From assembly GCA_963708295.1 (NCBI GenBank), contig CAVPSJ010000019.1:1-64000 (forward strand): a stretch of DNA of 64,000 nt, given 5' to 3'. Below are positions 61,152 through 64,000 of the stretch, piece by piece (the stretch's first letter is position 1; each line of letters begins with the position of its first letter). The notes beneath the pieces are model-generated. The model ran no database searches, was not told the origin of the DNA, and saw only the letters and a list, made by a program, of their open reading frames with translations. Source of the DNA: an uncultured delta proteobacterium (GTDB taxonomy: Bacteria; Desulfobacterota; BSN033; UBA1163). Position numbers and translations under genes: made by a program.

Positions 61152-62237
61152 ATGAGAACGTATTGTCTTGTCGGCCTACTTGTCTTTGCGATGCTCGGCC
61201 CAGTGGCACTCGCCAACGGCGCGGAGGAGGTACGGCCACTGCCAAATCGGCAGGATGGTACTTTTATTGCCCGTGATTTTCAGTTTCAAAGTGGCGAATC
61301 CCTGCCGGAACTGAAGCTTGCCTACACAACACTCGGCACACCACAGCGAGATTCTTCCGGCAATATCACCAATGCTGTATTGCTGTTGCACGGCACAACA
61401 GGGACGGGCGCGAACTGGCTTGCGCCGTCGCTCAGCGAGGCGCTCTTTCGAGAAGGGCAGCCCCTCGATGCCGGTAAATACTATCTTATTCTGGCCGACA
61501 GCATCGGTCTGGGCCGCTCCGCGAAACCGAGTGACGGCCTCAAGGCCAAGTTTCCCCATTATGGCTATCGCGACATGGTGGAAGCGCAGTACCGGCTCGT
61601 CACCGAAGGCCTTAGCGTTAAGCATCTCCGGCTGGTTCTGGGCACCTCGATGGGTGGCATGCAGACTTGGCTTTGGGCAGAACGCTACCCCGACATAATG
61701 GACAGCGCAGTGGCCATCGCGAGTCAGCCCACGGAGATCTCCGGAAGAAACATGCTCTGGCGGCGGGTCATTGTAGAGGCGATCCGCAACGACCCCGATT
61801 GGAATGGCGGCAACTACACAACACCGCCGACCCGCTTTATCTTCGCCGTCCCCGTCTTTGCCATGATGGTGGACAGCGCCACCCATTTGCAGGCGATCGC
61901 CCCCACTCGCGAGAAGGCCAACGCTTACTATGACCAGATCGTGCAAAACGCGAAGCGACTCGACGCCAACGACTACCTGTATCGCTGGGAAGCCTCAGCC
62001 GACTACAATCCGCAGCCTGACCTCGATAAGATCAAGGCGAGATTCCTCGCCATCAATTTTTCGGACGATCTGCTCAATCCGGTCGAGCTCAAGGTCATGG
62101 AACGCGAGATGGGCCGGGTAAAGAATGGAAGTCATGTGATGATTCAGGGAGGAGAGAAGTCCCTGGGCCACCAGAATTTGTCCCAAGGTGCGCTGTGGGG
62201 ACCCTATGTTGCGGAATTCCTGAAGCCGCTTCCTTGA
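61152..62237 (+). CDS. Secreted MetX-like alpha/beta hydrolase
   Basis: Signal peptide, AYTTLG, LLHGT, GTSMGG nucleophile elbow, DD and GH. Confidence 0.9.
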   Translation: MRTYCLVGLLVFAMLGPVALANGAEEVRPLPNRQDGTFIARDFQFQSGESLPELKLAYTTLGTPQRDSSGNITNAVLLLHGTTGTGANWLAPSLSEALFREGQPLDAGKYYLILADSIGLGRSAKPSDGLKAKFPHYGYRDMVEAQYRLVTEGLSVKHLRLVLGTSMGGMQTWLWAERYPDIMDSAVAIASQPTEISGRNMLWRRVIVEAIRNDPDWNGGNYTTPPTRFIFAVPVFAMMVDSATHLQAIAPTREKANAYYDQIVQNAKRLDANDYLYRWEASADYNPQPDLDKIKARFLAINFSDDLLNPVELKVMEREMGRVKNGSHVMIQGGEKSLGHQNLSQGALWGPYVAEFLKPLP

Positions 62238-62305
62238 CGCAGGGAATGCTTGCCATGACGCATAATCCAACACCCTCGTATGAAACCGCGTCAAGCAGCG
62301 ATGAC

Positions 62306-62656
62306 TTATTTCGGTTTTACGGTCTTTACTTCTGCACTACAAACGAATCCGTCGCCATTAAAGCCTACATACAAAATTTCGCTTCCTTCCAGTACCCGTC
62401 CAGTCATCACAATTTTTGTGTAGATCCAAAGTTCAATGCATCCTTCTTCGGTCTTCTGGATGGGTGCACTTGTATCGGGCTTGCCGAACAATTTTTCAAC
62501 GTCTGACTTGTTCTTCTTTTCGGCGCTCGTTAATAGCTTTACTTTCTTGGCATCGAACACCTTGTATGGCTCGGCATAAAGAAAGGACGAGTGAAAAAAG
62601 ACAAAGGCGATCACCAAGAATGAGAACGACCACCGCAGGCTCTTTTTTATCTTCAC
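62306..62656 (-). CDS. Small secreted hypothetical protein (SmpA/OmlA-like fold possible)
   Basis: GGAGG RBS, signal peptide, KSDVEKLFGKPD..WIY. Confidence 0.7.
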   Translation of the reverse strand: MKIKKSLRWSFSFLVIAFVFFHSSFLYAEPYKVFDAKKVKLLTSAEKKNKSDVEKLFGKPDTSAPIQKTEEGCIELWIYTKIVMTGRVLEGSEILYVGFNGDGFVCSAEVKTVKPK

Positions 62657-62956
62657 CGATTCCTCCTTTGACCGCGGAATTGCTTTGGCATCGAACCCAT
62701 GCTATCCATATCCTTCATTTCCGTCAAGCTGTATTTCATCCATGTCCCCAGATGAGTCCCGAAGTCATCAACATTCTATAAGAGCTTGCAGGGTCTTGGT
62801 CGCAAGAGAACCTTTTTCTTCCCGATTCAACCTTGAGATGCCAATGCGACTCCTTTGAAATTCTCACTTTCAAAAAATGTGGGGGTGGTATAAAATACAG
62901 ACCACAACATACTCTGAAATATTACGAGTCTGACCCTAAACGCTTAGCTCGAGAGA

Positions 62957-63760
62957 ATGGAAAAGAAGGACCGAAGCGATCTCAGGATAGCCGTCCACTT
63001 ATTGGAAAACCCAGGTCTGAGTATTCGATTGATCAATCTGCTCGGGTATCCCATCGAAGGAATCATAAAGGTCCTGCCGGGACGGATTGGGCGAGCGATT
63101 GGAAACGCGGCAATCAAAGCTGTCGGGACATCTTTCTATGCTGCGTTGTCTACGATGGACAAGAAGGGCCGCAGCAGTCCCTTTCGATCGCTTCATCGGG
63201 CGATGGTCATGGTCAGCGGGGCTGTTGGAGGCTTTTTCGGACTTCCAGGCTTGATCGTTGAACTTCCTATCTCGACAACACTGATGCTTCGTTCCATTGC
63301 TGACATCGCCCGAAGCGAAGGGGAAGACCTCTCCTCCGTGGATACCCACCTGGCATGTATCACTGTTTTTGCTTTAGGTGGAAGGTCAAGGAGTGACAAT
63401 GCCGCTGAGGCCGCCTACTATGCCGTTCGAGCGGCGCTGACACGGACTCTGTCGGAGGCCGCTGAATTCATAGCGCAACGGGGGATGATGGAGGAAGGCA
63501 CGCCGATCGTGATCCGGGTGATGGCGAACTTGGCATCCCGCTTAGGCGTCATCGTCACGGACAAGGTGGCGGCTGAAATGATACCGATCCTCGGAGCTCT
63601 CGGCGGCGCATCGATCAACTTACTTTTTATCAGCCACTTTCAGTCCGCCGCCCGGGGGCATTTCATTGTTCGACGGTTGGAGAGAAAGTACGGAGAAGAG
63701 ATCGTAAAAAGAGAATACGAAAAAGTGCTGGGAGAGCTGGGACATGGGGTCAAACGATGA
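62957..63760 (+). CDS. EcsC-family protein
   Basis: GAVGGFFGL, ELPISTTLMLRSIADIARSEGED, ARGHFIVRRLERKYG. Confidence 0.9.
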   Translation: MEKKDRSDLRIAVHLLENPGLSIRLINLLGYPIEGIIKVLPGRIGRAIGNAAIKAVGTSFYAALSTMDKKGRSSPFRSLHRAMVMVSGAVGGFFGLPGLIVELPISTTLMLRSIADIARSEGEDLSSVDTHLACITVFALGGRSRSDNAAEAAYYAVRAALTRTLSEAAEFIAQRGMMEEGTPIVIRVMANLASRLGVIVTDKVAAEMIPILGALGGASINLLFISHFQSAARGHFIVRRLERKYGEEIVKREYEKVLGELGHGVKR

Positions 63761-63821
63761 TAGAGCCGAGATAAGACTCCAAGGTCTCGCTTTAGTTCTC
63801 CTTGCCCAGGCCAAGCCGAGC

Positions 63822-64000
<179 letters not shown>

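Noticed and set aside
62685-62703. TTGGCATCGAACCCATGC as a sigma-54 promoter
   Set aside because: Spacing is GG-N12-GC, not N10.

Overview
Bacterial DNA whose gene content and repeats suggest an anaerobic Desulfobacterota/deltaproteobacterial-type genome (inference). Many genes in the first ~30 kb carry single-base frameshifts, most likely assembly indels. 1-19 kb: large exported proteins (tandem beta-helix/choice-of-anchor-Q-like protein, Tat-exported DUF362 protein, Ig-like repeat protein, multicopper oxidase), four sigma-54 -24/-12 promoters and a membrane kinase/NtrC-type activator pair. Four unrelated exported proteins end in the same FG-GAP/VCBS repeat domain, in one case directly after a PEP-CTERM-like VPKP motif; this suggests a sigma-54-controlled surface-display system using FG-GAP propellers as a tag. 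19.7-32.6 kb: a mosaic copper module (Cys-rich MerR/HspR regulator, two YtkA/FixH-like, OMP-like, FMN_bind-like, MacB-type ABC, two NosL, Tat multicopper oxidase, orphan CusB) with gene stubs at its junctions. 32.8-64 kb: mostly housekeeping/metabolic genes plus a GIY-YIG nuclease bracketed by inverted palindromic repeats, several REP/MITE/heptamer families, an orphan GemA coupled to a signal-peptide DUF151-PDZ gene, a 178-nt nested-stem RNA candidate and a c-di-GMP-I-like riboswitch. All family calls are from motif recognition by eye; no searches were run.
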